NCBI GenBank assembly: GCA_965203325.1
Contig: OZ241875.1
Span: forward strand, 1,440,001 to 1,504,000
Direction: 5' to 3'
DNA from: a bacterium
Lineage (GTDB): Bacteria; UBA8248
Length of the DNA: 64,000 nucleotides
The notes below the pieces were generated by a model, which saw only the letters and a list, made by a program, of their open reading frames with translations, made no database searches and was not told the DNA's origin. Every line of letters starts with the position of its first letter. Position 1 is the stretch's first letter. This document shows, one piece after another, positions 1-9,714 of this stretch. Position numbers and translations under genes: made by a program.

Positions 1-758
1 CGCATGTATGCGTTTTCGCCCGTGGCGATAGGCACGGGACTCCTTTCGGCCACTTCCGCCAGATCGTCCACCGAATCGGCGGGCACGGGTTCCTCGAACC
101 AGCGCACGTCGTACTCGGCGAGCATTGCGGCCACCTCGAGCGCCTCACGCGGGTTGTACTTCTGGTTGGCGTCGGCGAACAGGATGACCGAATCGCCGAC
201 CTCTTCTCTCAAGAGGCGGATTCGCTCCTCATCCCGGTCGGTTCCCAATTTCAGCTTGTACGCGCCGATTCCCTTCTCCATGAAGCCCATGCACTCATCC
301 ACCACCTCCGCGTCGGTGAACGTGAGCCAGCCCCCGCTGCCGTAGACGGGAACCTCGTTCCTGAAGCCGCCCAGTATGCGGGAGAGAGGCAACCCCGACG
401 CCCTGGCGAGCGCGTCCCAGCAGGCGGTATCGATTGCCGAGAGCGCCTGCACGCCCAGCCCGCCGCGCATCCTCGGCTTGTTCGGCCCCCACAGACGCGC
501 CCAGAGCGCCTCGGGCGCCAGGGCGTCCCGGCCCACCGCCAGGGGCGCCAGTTCCTTTTCGATGTAGGGAACGAGCGTCGTCGAGGTCTCCCCGCCCAGG
601 CCCATCACGAAGCCGCAGCCCGTCGGGCCGTTTTCGGTGTGGAGGAAGACCACGAGATAATCGAGTTCCGACTTCGTGCTGTTAGCGCTTCCAATCGCGC
701 GGGCGAGGGGCACCTTGAGCGATTTCGCCTCTATCTTCGTGATCTTCAGTTCAGCCAC
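1..758 (-). CDS. Mandelate racemase/muconate lactonizing enzyme (enolase superfamily), 3' end outside window
   Basis: Manual translation from GTG at 758: MAELKITKIEAKSLKVPL...SAIDTACWDALARASGLPLSRILGG...YKLKLG...FADANQ...WFEEP...IATGEN. Has the KxK, D, E, E catalytic/metal motifs. Not in the ORF track because it runs off the window edge. Confidence 0.9.
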   Translation of the reverse strand, partial: MAELKITKIEAKSLKVPLARAIGSANSTKSELDYLVVFLHTENGPTGCGFVMGLGGETSTTLVPYIEKELAPLAVGRDALAPEALWARLWGPNKPRMRGGLGVQALSAIDTACWDALARASGLPLSRILGGFRNEVPVYGSGGWLTFTDAEVVDECMGFMEKGIGAYKLKLGTDRDEERIRLLREEVGDSVILFADANQKYNPREALEVAAMLAEYDVRWFEEPVPADSVDDLAEVAERSPVPIATGENAYM

Positions 759-859
759 CCTTCATACTCCAACAAGTCTCGTGCTTCGATACGGCAAAAC
801 AAAGGCTGCGGAGGCGAATCACACGCCCCCGCAGCCTTAGGCAACGAACCGGAAAAAAC

Positions 860-1870
860 CTAGTTCATCTTCATGCTGGCCAGCGCCTTCTCGAGCGGGC
901 CTCTCTCGATGCCCTCGCCACCGGCGAAATCGGGCAGGCGGCGAATCTTGCCGCGGCCCTTCTGCACCTTGGCGGTCGCGTTCAGCGCGTTGATGATGCG
1001 CGGCGTGATCTTATAGAGCGGCCGCACCACGTCAATGGAGCGCCTGGCGATGGAATAATCTATCTTGCGGCCCTTCGATATCAGCCACTTGTGGTAGACC
1101 TTGGCGAACTTGTCGGGGTCACTCTTCCAGAGTTTCGTGGACTTGAGATACGCCCGCAAATACTTCACCACGCCCTCAGGGTTGCTCTTGAGCGTCCGGG
1201 GGTTGGCCAGCTCGATGAAGATCATCGCCGGCGGATTGTCGTACTTGCAGTAATCCACGATGGGCCGGCCCCACTTCTTGTCCGTGAGACGGAACGAGGT
1301 GGGCGCGCCGATGACCATCGCGGAAACCACCTTGGCCCGGAAGGCCGAGAGGCGTTCCGCCGTGGTGGTGTTCATGATCTTGATGTCGCCCGGCTTCATG
1401 CCGAACGCGGGCAGGATGCCGTTGTCAAAGACGAAGTGGGTGGACGTGCCCTTCTTCTCGGCGATGGTCTTGCCCTTCAAGTCGGCCACCGTCTTGATCG
1501 GGGAATCGAGCGGCACCCAGATCGAGATGGATTTACACCAGGAAGAACTGGCGGAAACCATCACCAGGCCCGCCTTTTTCGCCACCCCGTCCACGTAGGG
1601 CCGCGTGGCGCCGTGGCCCACGTCGAGACTGCGCGAGAGCAGCGCCTCGATGACGAGCTTGCCCTGCGCGAAAACTTTTACGTCCCAGTTGCCCTTGCCG
1701 AACTCCTCATCGAAATAGCCCATCCCCATGGCGACCGCCGTGAAGGAGCCGAACGTCTGGCGGTGCATGCCGATGCGGAACTTGGCCGCCTCGGCGTCGG
1801 TCGTCACGAAGCCGACCGGCACGAGGCTCAGCGCGAGAATCAGGCATAAGAATCCGAACCACTTTCTCAT
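860..1870 (-). CDS. ABC transporter substrate-binding protein (SsuA/NMT1-like)
   Basis: Signal peptide MRKWFGFLCLILALSLV...AEA, motif SPIKTVADLKGKTIA. Start moved to ATG 1870, which has an upstream GAGG. Confidence 0.85.
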   Translation of the reverse strand: MRKWFGFLCLILALSLVPVGFVTTDAEAAKFRIGMHRQTFGSFTAVAMGMGYFDEEFGKGNWDVKVFAQGKLVIEALLSRSLDVGHGATRPYVDGVAKKAGLVMVSASSSWCKSISIWVPLDSPIKTVADLKGKTIAEKKGTSTHFVFDNGILPAFGMKPGDIKIMNTTTAERLSAFRAKVVSAMVIGAPTSFRLTDKKWGRPIVDYCKYDNPPAMIFIELANPRTLKSNPEGVVKYLRAYLKSTKLWKSDPDKFAKVYHKWLISKGRKIDYSIARRSIDVVRPLYKITPRIINALNATAKVQKGRGKIRRLPDFAGGEGIERGPLEKALASMKMN

Positions 1871-2100
1871 CTTGTTTCTCCTCTCGGAAAATGAAAATAG
1901 ACAGTTTGCCTCACGAAAGAGTAAACGCTTTTCCTGAACTGGATAGACAGAGTATGCCACAAGCGCGATTTCGTTGCATCCGGGAAATGCGCCCTGCCCG
2001 GGGTTGTTGGAAAGGTCCGCCATGACCGGAATTGTCCACCGCCGGAATGACGGCCAAAACCCGAAACCGGGTGGAGGCGCAGGCTCTCGCCTTGAAAACC

Positions 2101-2285
2101 AACCCCCCCTACCCCCCCTTGTCAGGGGGGTAAGAAAAAGCAAAACCCCCTCAACCCGGCGGGTGCGCATCGCCTTTTTATACCCCCCTGACAAGGGGAA
2201 CAAGAAAAAACAAATAAAGACCCCTCTACCGGCGGCGGGCGTTGCCTTTTCATACCCCCCTGACAAGGGGGGGTAGGGGGGGGTG
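2101..2285. repeat. REP/MITE-like element: ~43-bp near-perfect inverted repeats plus a third internal partial copy
   Basis: CCCCCCCTACCCCCCCTTGTCAGGGGGGTAAGAAAAAGCAA (~2103-2143) is nearly the reverse complement of 2242-2284. Internal copy TACCCCCCTGACAAGGGG at 2181-2198. Confidence 0.85.
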
Positions 2286-2341
2286 CCTTTATTCCCTGAG
2301 GATGAGGTCTTTTTCCACAAACCCCGGAGAAGACGCCCGCC

Positions 2342-3157
2342 TCAAAGCCGCATCAGATCTTGGCCTGCGACGATTTCGCCGTCGAAATAGGGGGCTATCG
2401 CCTCGCGCACCTTATCGTTCGGCGCCAGGGGGGGAACCACATGGGCGAAGACGAGTTTGCCGACGCCTGCCTCGGCGGCCGTTCTCCCGACTTCTTCCGC
2501 CGTGGCGTGGTGGGCCGCCACGATCTTCGCCGTGGCCCTGAAACTCCCGTAATTCTCGTTGATGAGTTCCGGCAGGCAGGGGTGCATGACCAGCACGTCC
2601 GCCCCCCGCGCCAGAGGAACCAGCTTGTCCGTCGGACTGCCGTCGCTCGCGATGACGATCTTTCTGCCCTCCGCCTCGAACGCGTAGGAAATGATGTCGT
2701 CCACGTTGCCGTGATTCGTGCCCTTATCAACGCGGACGCCGATGCCGTCCACCTCGAGCGCATCGCCGGGCACAAGGACGGACACCTCGATATCGCTTCC
2801 CGCCCTGGGCTTTCCCTCGTTCGCCCTCAGATCGATGTCGTATTCATAATAGCGGAGCATCCGCTCGACGATTTCCTCGACGGGTGAAGGCCCGTAGACC
2901 TTGAGGGGCGTCGATGCGCCCATGATCCATCGCGAGATGAAGAACTCGCCGAAACCCGTGTAGTGATCGGAGTGAAAATGCGTGAAGAACAGGTGGTCCA
3001 CCTTGCTGACGTGAAAGCCCGACTTCATGATCTGGGTCGCGGCGCCGCGGGCGGCGTCCACCAGATAGAGCTTCCCCCCCTTGACGAGCGCGTTGCACGG
3101 ACCGCTTTTCTCAGGAGTAGGCGGCGGCGCGCCCACGCCCAGGAGAATGAGTTCCAA
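2342..3157 (-). CDS. MBL-fold metallohydrolase (RNase Z/ElaC-like)
   Basis: THFHSDHY motif, N-terminal LILLGVG, C-terminal LVFAH. Probable TTG start at 3157 after GGGAGG. Confidence 0.85.
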   Translation of the reverse strand: MELILLGVGAPPPTPEKSGPCNALVKGGKLYLVDAARGAATQIMKSGFHVSKVDHLFFTHFHSDHYTGFGEFFISRWIMGASTPLKVYGPSPVEEIVERMLRYYEYDIDLRANEGKPRAGSDIEVSVLVPGDALEVDGIGVRVDKGTNHGNVDDIISYAFEAEGRKIVIASDGSPTDKLVPLARGADVLVMHPCLPELINENYGSFRATAKIVAAHHATAEEVGRTAAEAGVGKLVFAHVVPPLAPNDKVREAIAPYFDGEIVAGQDLMRL

Positions 3158-3268
3158 AACGGGTTTCCTCCCCTTCACCAAAGTGTATGAGCGTCTTGCC
3201 GGAGCGGATGCTTGGGGGTATTCTTGCGCGAACATCCTCATTCACGTCAACCGGAAAGAGAGACCGCC

Positions 3269-4129
3269 ATGAAGCGCCTGTCCGATTATCTATACGCAGA
3301 AACCGACTACGACTGGGCGAATGTGGGCGCCGCCGTCACCGAGTGCGGCGTCGTCCTCCTCGACTGCCCGGTGCGGCCGAACGATTCGCGCAACTGGCAG
3401 GAAAAGGTCTCGGCTCTAAGCCCCCAGGGCGTGCGCTACCTCATCGCCACCGATTACCACGGCGACCACACCACGGGCTCCTCGTTCATCGAGGGAGACG
3501 TGGCGCTCATCGCCCCCCAGTACGTCTACGACGAGATATCGAAGGGCGACAACGCATTCTCCAAGGAAATCTTCGTGAATACGTTGAGAGACCTGGGCTT
3601 CACCGAGGAGGCGGACGAGATCACGAACGCCGCAGTCCCGCTTCCCCAGTTCTGCTTCGAGAACAGCCTCACGCTGCACCTGCCGCCGCTCACGTTCGAG
3701 ATTCACCGCAAGGGCGGCCACTCCCCGGCGTGCACCTCCGTCCTCGTGCCCGAGGAGGGCGTGCTCTTCGCAGGCGACGTCGTGATCAACGGCCCCTCGG
3801 CAGGCATGCGCGACGCCTTCGTGCGCGAGTGGATTGAGGCGCTCGCCTGGGTGGAGGGCCTCGATATCGAGACCATCGTCCCCGGCCACGGGGAGATATG
3901 CGGCAAGGAAGTGGCCACAAAACTCAAAAATACCCTGAGCGGGATGATGGAGATCATGGTCGAGGTCGTCGCCGCCGGAAAAGAAAAAGCCGAAGCCGTC
4001 CAGGACCCGAAATTCCTCACCTATTTCCACGCCGACGACTCGCGCGGCGAATACTGGCTCCAGCAGCGAAAAGACACCTTCCGCGACGGCCTGGAGCGAC
4101 TCTACGACGAAGTCGCCGCGGAGGGTTAG
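3269..4129 (+). CDS. MBL-fold metallohydrolase
   Basis: TDYHGDH (variant HxHxDH), GGHSP, LFAGD, VPGHG motifs. Confidence 0.85.
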   Translation: MKRLSDYLYAETDYDWANVGAAVTECGVVLLDCPVRPNDSRNWQEKVSALSPQGVRYLIATDYHGDHTTGSSFIEGDVALIAPQYVYDEISKGDNAFSKEIFVNTLRDLGFTEEADEITNAAVPLPQFCFENSLTLHLPPLTFEIHRKGGHSPACTSVLVPEEGVLFAGDVVINGPSAGMRDAFVREWIEALAWVEGLDIETIVPGHGEICGKEVATKLKNTLSGMMEIMVEVVAAGKEKAEAVQDPKFLTYFHADDSRGEYWLQQRKDTFRDGLERLYDEVAAEG

Positions 4130-4167
4130 AAAAAGAACGGGCTCCATCACAGGAAAAGGAGAAGTCG

Positions 4168-4593
4168 ATGAAGGTAGAGGAAAAAAGGGTGGGCCGCATC
4201 TTCCGCGTCACGCTCGAGGAGGGAGATAATTTCTATACGAACCTGTGCGATCTCGTGAAGGAGAAGAACATCCGCGCGGGTTCGGTTTTCCTCATCGGCG
4301 CTCTCGCAGAAACCGACATGATATCGGGCTTCAAGAGCATGGACGGCTACGACATCGACCGCTTACACTTCGTGGGCTGGCGCGAACTCGTGGCGCTCGG
4401 CAACATCACCTGGCCGGACGAGCCTCCCCCCGCGCTCGGCGACGTGACCTGGGACGAACCCCAACCCTACGTCCACATCCACATGGCGATCAGCGGCGGG
4501 CCGGGCGAACCCGAGAAAGTGCTGGCGGGACACCTGAGCGACGGCATCATCAAAGGGATGGTCGTCGAAATCTATGAACTCCTGGACGCCTAG
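4168..4593 (+). CDS. PPC domain/DUF296 protein
   Basis: GRIFRVTL, IGAL, VHIHMAI and GHL motifs; AGGAG RBS before ATG 4168. Confidence 0.8.
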   Translation: MKVEEKRVGRIFRVTLEEGDNFYTNLCDLVKEKNIRAGSVFLIGALAETDMISGFKSMDGYDIDRLHFVGWRELVALGNITWPDEPPPALGDVTWDEPQPYVHIHMAISGGPGEPEKVLAGHLSDGIIKGMVVEIYELLDA

Positions 4594-4638
4594 AGAGATT
4601 CGCCGGCCACCTGGAACCGGTTATCACAGAAAGAAACG

Positions 4639-5790
4639 ATGAACGATTCCTCCCTCGATAACCTCCCCTTCGCGCCCAGCGAAGACCCCTTCGTCGTGGA
4701 GCACGGCGGCTTCTACCGCCGGTGGTTCTCGATGATCGAGGACATCGAGGAGTTGAAAGGCGCCGTCGCCTCCCTCCAGGGCACGACGGATAATCTCTGG
4801 GTTCCCGTATGGCGCGAGATAGGCGCGCGCTATGAAGAGCAGGCGGAAGAGTTTGCCGCAAGCGGCGATACGACCGCCGCGCGGGAGAAATTCCTGCTCG
4901 CCAAAACCTACTACAGCCTCGCGCGATTCCCCCGCCCCCTCACACCGCTCAAGGAACAAGCCAACCAGGACTGCATACGCGCGTATTTAAGAGCGTGCGA
5001 GTTCCTCGACCCACCGCTCGAAGTCGTAAGCGTGGAATGTGCCGGCGAGCGCATCACCTCCCATTTCCGCGCGCCGAAAGAAGCGAGCGCGGCAAACCCC
5101 GCCCCCGCCGTCCTCGTCATGTGCGGCGGGGACATGTTCAAGGAAGACCGCGGATGGGCGGGCGAGATGGCCCTCGAAAACGGCCTCGCCACCCTGGTGA
5201 TGGACGGCCCCGGCACCGGGGAGAACCCCTTTCCCTATGAACCCGAATCCGTCGTCGCGTGGAAGGCGGCGGTCGACTACTTGGCCGCCCGTCCCGAGGT
5301 GGACGCGGAGCGCATCGGCGCGTTCGGCATCAGCCGGGGCGGGCATTCGGTGATGCTGCTCGCGGGCTCCTGTCCCGAAAAGGTGCGCGCCGCCGTGGCG
5401 AGCGCGGGCCACCACTTCGGCTACCGCATGACGGAGGCGGAGATGGCGAACTACGTCACCAACACCAAAAGGCGCGCGGCCTACATCTTCGGCGCGCCCG
5501 GCGACGGCCCCTCGTTTCCCGAAACCACGGCCGAGAAAGAAGAGGCGCTCTTCAAGCGCTGGTCGCTCAGCGAACTGGGTCTCGTGGAGAAAATCGTCTG
5601 CCCCGTCCTGATGATCAACGGAAAGCAGGATCACCTGGCACCCGTCGGGAACATCTACTACATGCTCGAACACGGCCCCGTGACCGGCAAGGAGGCGCGG
5701 GTCTACCCCGACGACGGCCACTGCGCCTTCAAGCACTTCGCCGAGTGGGCGCCCGAGTCGTTCCGGTGGCTGCGGGAGAGGTTGGGGTGA
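4639..5790 (+). CDS. Alpha/beta hydrolase (FrsA / 2,6-dihydroxypseudooxynicotine hydrolase-like)
   Basis: DGPGTGE, nucleophile elbow GISRGG, NGKQD and GHC triad motifs. Confidence 0.8.
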   Translation: MNDSSLDNLPFAPSEDPFVVEHGGFYRRWFSMIEDIEELKGAVASLQGTTDNLWVPVWREIGARYEEQAEEFAASGDTTAAREKFLLAKTYYSLARFPRPLTPLKEQANQDCIRAYLRACEFLDPPLEVVSVECAGERITSHFRAPKEASAANPAPAVLVMCGGDMFKEDRGWAGEMALENGLATLVMDGPGTGENPFPYEPESVVAWKAAVDYLAARPEVDAERIGAFGISRGGHSVMLLAGSCPEKVRAAVASAGHHFGYRMTEAEMANYVTNTKRRAAYIFGAPGDGPSFPETTAEKEEALFKRWSLSELGLVEKIVCPVLMINGKQDHLAPVGNIYYMLEHGPVTGKEARVYPDDGHCAFKHFAEWAPESFRWLRERLG

Positions 5791-5804
5791 GGTGATAATG
5801 ATTC

Positions 5805-6146
5805 GGTAGTGTCTCAGTTTGAATTTGTGGGTTTACCATAGGAATTTCCTAATTAACAAACCCAATATCTGGCCTACAATTACCCCAATAACCCCAAAAT
5901 AAATCCTTTGCTTCTTTAGTTTCTCTATTTTATTTTCCTGCTCTTGTATTTTCTGCTCTTGTTCCTCAAGGTCCGACTCGGTTAAAACTCCCTTTCCCCC
6001 TACGAAAACATTTTTACTTGGCATCTTTTCTTCCCCACAGAATCGTAATTTCAAACCTCTCTGTCCAGCCGTATCGGCTTCATGGATACCAGTCCTTTCG
6101 GCCCCAATCGCCTTTTAATATTGAAATTTCAAACTGAGACACTACC
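5805..6146. mobile_element. Non-autonomous mini-element bounded by perfect 19-bp terminal inverted repeats
   Basis: GGTAGTGTCTCAGTTTGAA at 5805-5823 and its exact reverse complement TTCAAACTGAGACACTACC at 6128-6146. The interior is AT-rich. Confidence 0.75.
5833..6024 (-). CDS. Small coiled-coil protein with C-terminal transmembrane helix
   Basis: MPSKN...LEEQEQKIQEQENKIEKLKKQR followed by hydrophobic IYFGVIGVIVGQILGLLI. Lies inside the inverted repeats. Confidence 0.55.
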   Translation of the reverse strand: MPSKNVFVGGKGVLTESDLEEQEQKIQEQENKIEKLKKQRIYFGVIGVIVGQILGLLIRKFLW

Positions 6147-6389
6147 CAAATATCAGATAAGCAATCCCACTACGGTTTCCCTCTCTTGTTACCTTATCTG
6201 TCAGATTCCAATAGACTTTCTACACGGCTAACAACTTACAGTGCGATCCTAAGAACCGGGCCGCCTGCCGAATACAAGACCGCTCCCTGCGGGAATAGGC
6301 GGGAACCCACCATCGAACTGTGAGTTGTTAGCCGACCGGCCCGGCATTTATTGCGGGCCTCACACATCTCACCTGTGGAGGAAATCCTC

Positions 6390-7262
6390 ATGTTCAGGAA
6401 CATTGCACTGATCCTCTTTACAGCAATTCTCGTTTTTGGTTGCGGAGGAGGCGATAAATCTTCCAGCGCACCCCCTGCGCCCGTCACGCCTGATCCCGCA
6501 CCTATGGAGCCTGCTACCCCTGTTCCTGAAACCCCAAGAGCCGCAATGAGCCGTCTACTTGCCGCCTCCGATACCATCACCCAAGGGGAAACCATCAATG
6601 CGGATATCTGGAGCACTACGACCCAGCCCACGCCCGCGACACTTGCGCTTTCGGACATGACCCGAAGGAACTTCCCGTTGCAACACCGCACAGAACGACA
6701 AGGGGTATCCCTGGCATCTGTCCATAGCAGAGGTGTTACTGGGGGCGCATTCGATTTTGGCGGATGGATGGAGCACAGCTTCTTCCTCGTTGCGGTTTGG
6801 AATCCGATGCGCGATGACCCCCTTGATCCTTTTGAAAGTGTCTATGCAGACGTGTTCTCGGCCGGGGATGCCACCGGAACCAACCCTGTATCGGGGAGCG
6901 CCACTTGGCGCGGCGCCATGATCGGAGTCGATGCGAGCGAAACCGATAGCGAGGGAAACGCCATCGTAGGCGACGCCACGATCAGCATCGGCAGTTTCGC
7001 CAATCCTGCCGTTGATGTTTCGTTCACTGGCCTTGTCGACCAAACAACGAATATGGGTCGGAGCGATATGTCCTGGCGGAATCTTCCCGTGAGAAGCGGG
7101 GCCTTCAACCATAATGGCGATCTGTCTGTAGGCGTTGCGTTAGGCGACCGGGGCAATGCGTTCAATTCGCTCACAGGCCGTTTCTACGGCCCGAACCATG
7201 AGGAAGTGGGTGGCGTATTCATCCGCGATCAGATTGTCGGCTCGTTCGGGGCGAGGCGTTAA
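6390..7262 (+). CDS. Surface lipoprotein with TbpB-like C-terminal beta-barrel
   Basis: Lipobox LVFGC, Pro-rich linker, C-terminal GRFYGPNHEEVGGVF...VGSFGARR signature; GGAGG RBS. Confidence 0.8.
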   Translation: MFRNIALILFTAILVFGCGGGDKSSSAPPAPVTPDPAPMEPATPVPETPRAAMSRLLAASDTITQGETINADIWSTTTQPTPATLALSDMTRRNFPLQHRTERQGVSLASVHSRGVTGGAFDFGGWMEHSFFLVAVWNPMRDDPLDPFESVYADVFSAGDATGTNPVSGSATWRGAMIGVDASETDSEGNAIVGDATISIGSFANPAVDVSFTGLVDQTTNMGRSDMSWRNLPVRSGAFNHNGDLSVGVALGDRGNAFNSLTGRFYGPNHEEVGGVFIRDQIVGSFGARR

Positions 7263-7675
7263 TCGTCTAGGTTTTGAAAGTCCAGCTGATCGGCCTGCTT
7301 GGGATATGCACGTGCAAGATTGCGCTTCATTTATTGCGTGAAACGCAAAAAGAGTTTATATTATGTCGAAGATTATCAAAAATGAGGGCCCGATATGAAA
7401 TCCAGAAACCAACTAACTCCCCCCAAAACGGGACAAACCCGCGAAGGGTATCATTCCAGGTATCCCGGCATCGCCGGAACAAATCACCAAGGCGCTTTGC
7501 GCAAACGACAAGAAACTGCCTTCTCCAGGTAGATAGTAGGCACCCTCGGCCTAGGCCTAGTGGGTATGATGGCAGAACCCTTCCCGCTACACCGGTAAAC
7601 ACACTACTGCATTGGGGTCTCGCTCTCCGGCCGCTTTTTTAGGAATAAAATACGCCCAAACAGGAGACAGGTAAC

Positions 7676-8548
7676 ATGTTTCAAAATGCAATCCAAGTAG
7701 CCCAGACATATACATTTCCTGCTGTTATATCACTGCGCAGAGACAATGGAACAACCGAAAGTTCCATTGGAGCTTTTATGATTCTCAATGATGAAGGTTG
7801 GATTTTAAGCGCAAGTCACATTATGACAACAATAATAGCCTTATCAGAAGAGGCTCAGCTACATGCTTCATTTCAGAAAAAATCACAGGAGATATATTCG
7901 GACAAAACCCTCACCAAAGCACAAAAGAAAAAGAAGATCAGGGATCTACAAAAACCCAATAACAAAAACCCTACGACAGACGTATCTTGCTGGTGGGGAA
8001 ATGACGAATGGATCGTAAATCATATGGAAGGCGATGCATTTAAAGATATAGGTATAGGGAAGATCAATAATTTCAATCCTAATGCCATTCAGAAATATCC
8101 CGTCTTTAAAAACCCAAGCGTAAATTTCAATGTTGGGGAAAACCTTTGCAAGCTAGGATACCCATTCTACACGATCGTACCAGAGTATGACGTATCCACA
8201 AAAAGGTTTCGATTACCTGATGGCTCTCTTCCTATTCCCAGATTTCCCATCGAAGGTATTTTTACTCGCAATATAAATGCAAAAGAAAAGACGCCTGATG
8301 GCCAAATAACTTCTTCAGCTACGTTTGTTGAAACATCATCGCCAGGATTGCGCGGCCAAAGCGGTGGCCCTACATTTGATATTAGGGGTAGAATATGGGC
8401 AATGCAATCAAGAACTCAACATTTTGAGCTTGGCTTTTCACCAAAGAAGGAACAGCAATTCCTAAATGTCGGATGGGGTGTGCATGTGAAAGAAATTATC
8501 TCTTTCCTTCGAGATCGTAATGTGAATATCCAAATATCCGACGACTAA
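7676..8548 (+). CDS. Trypsin-like serine protease (peptidase S1 domain)
   Basis: LSASH (His), DIGIG (Asp), GQSGGP (Ser). AT-rich codon usage. Confidence 0.75.
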   Translation: MFQNAIQVAQTYTFPAVISLRRDNGTTESSIGAFMILNDEGWILSASHIMTTIIALSEEAQLHASFQKKSQEIYSDKTLTKAQKKKKIRDLQKPNNKNPTTDVSCWWGNDEWIVNHMEGDAFKDIGIGKINNFNPNAIQKYPVFKNPSVNFNVGENLCKLGYPFYTIVPEYDVSTKRFRLPDGSLPIPRFPIEGIFTRNINAKEKTPDGQITSSATFVETSSPGLRGQSGGPTFDIRGRIWAMQSRTQHFELGFSPKKEQQFLNVGWGVHVKEIISFLRDRNVNIQISDD

Positions 8549-8772
8549 GAGAGGAGCTTGAAAATGAACAATGTTTATGATTTCGACCTATCGAATGCAG
8601 GTCTTTGTGAACACGTGGGTACACCCGAAAGAGATGTTCCTGCAACAGCAGATAGCACAACCAATGAATTTTGGGATAACCCAGCCAATCAAACAAACGG
8701 GATACCCCTAGAGCATGAAAAGGACATACTTCAGAACCTGACCTAAAATAGAATCTCAAGCCGGGGAGGTCG

Positions 8773-9571
8773 TCACTCCACAGCGGAAAGCGACCTCTCC
8801 GGCTCACTCCCCTTCGTGAGTTTCTTCCACGTCAGTCTTTTCCCCTCGAACCCCTCAACCAACGCTTCCATTTTACCAATCGTCTCGAGCGAGCGCATAT
8901 TGTGCCGATCAGCATACTCGTTCACGTAGCGTTGCAGATGCTTGAAGCTCATGTAGTGGTACACGCCTTTGTATCCGCGCTTGATGGTGGGCCAGAATGA
9001 TTCGATGCCATTCGTGTGCGCCTGGCACCACAGGACCCGCTTGACCCTGCGATTCACGGCGTAATGGTCATATTCCTTCGTGCCGACAACCATGACCTTG
9101 CCTACGAGGCCGGGACCGAGGTTCATTTTTGTCGGCGTGCTTGTTGCGCTCTTTCCCGCCGACAAAGGTCTCGTCCACTTCGACGGGACCGCCCATGTGT
9201 TCTTTGCCGTGCACCCAGCCTTCACGAATCTTATACCCGATGGCCCATGCCGTCTTCTGTGTAACGCCTAGGTATTCGGCGAGCCTGGTGCTGAAGATCC
9301 CTTTGGGATTCGTGGACAGAAGGTAGATGGCAATCGCCCATTTCTGGAGAGGCATCTTACTTCGGTGCATGATGGTGTTGGTGCAGACGCTGAAATACTC
9401 CCGGCAGTCGGCGCAGTGGTAGGGCAAGGGGTTTTCATTGGGAACGGGGGAGACCCTCACAGATCCACAGAGGGGACAGGCCACTTGTCCATCCGGCCAG
9501 CGACATTGCTCGAACCATTCTCTGGCGGCTTACTCGTTGGGGAATCTCTGAATCAACTCGATGAGTGTCAT
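8773..9571 (-). pseudogene. IS1595-family transposase, inactivated
   Basis: Starts MTLIELIQRFPNE*AAREWFE with an in-frame TAA. Zn ribbon CPLCG...CADC, VEVDETFVGG, HTNGIESFW, HLQRYVNEY, GKRLTW. A frameshift/deletion splits the two ORF-track pieces. Confidence 0.9.
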
Positions 9572-9639
9572 GGCCCGATCTCCCGATTTGCATTGCGCTT
9601 GTTCCGTGTGCAACAATGGTTTATATCCTCAGAAACAAG

Positions 9640-9714
9640 TGGAGGGCCGGGCGGGATTCGAACCCGCGTGAACCTCTTTGCAGGAGAGTCGCCTAGCCTC
9701 TTGGCTACCGGCCC
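9640..9714 (-). tRNA. tRNA-Cys(GCA)-like, with one extra nucleotide in the anticodon stem
   Basis: GGGCCGG/CCGGCCC acceptor stem, U discriminator, encoded CCA, T arm GCGGG-TTCGAAT-CCCGC, loop CTGCAAA, stem AC(T)CTC/GAGGT. Confidence 0.8.

Noticed and set aside
1871..2320. N-terminal extension of the ABC binding protein
   Set aside because: It runs through the repeat element; the real signal peptide begins at 1870.
8558..8746. 62-aa ORF after the protease
   Set aside because: It has a plausible RBS but no motif, so it was not called.
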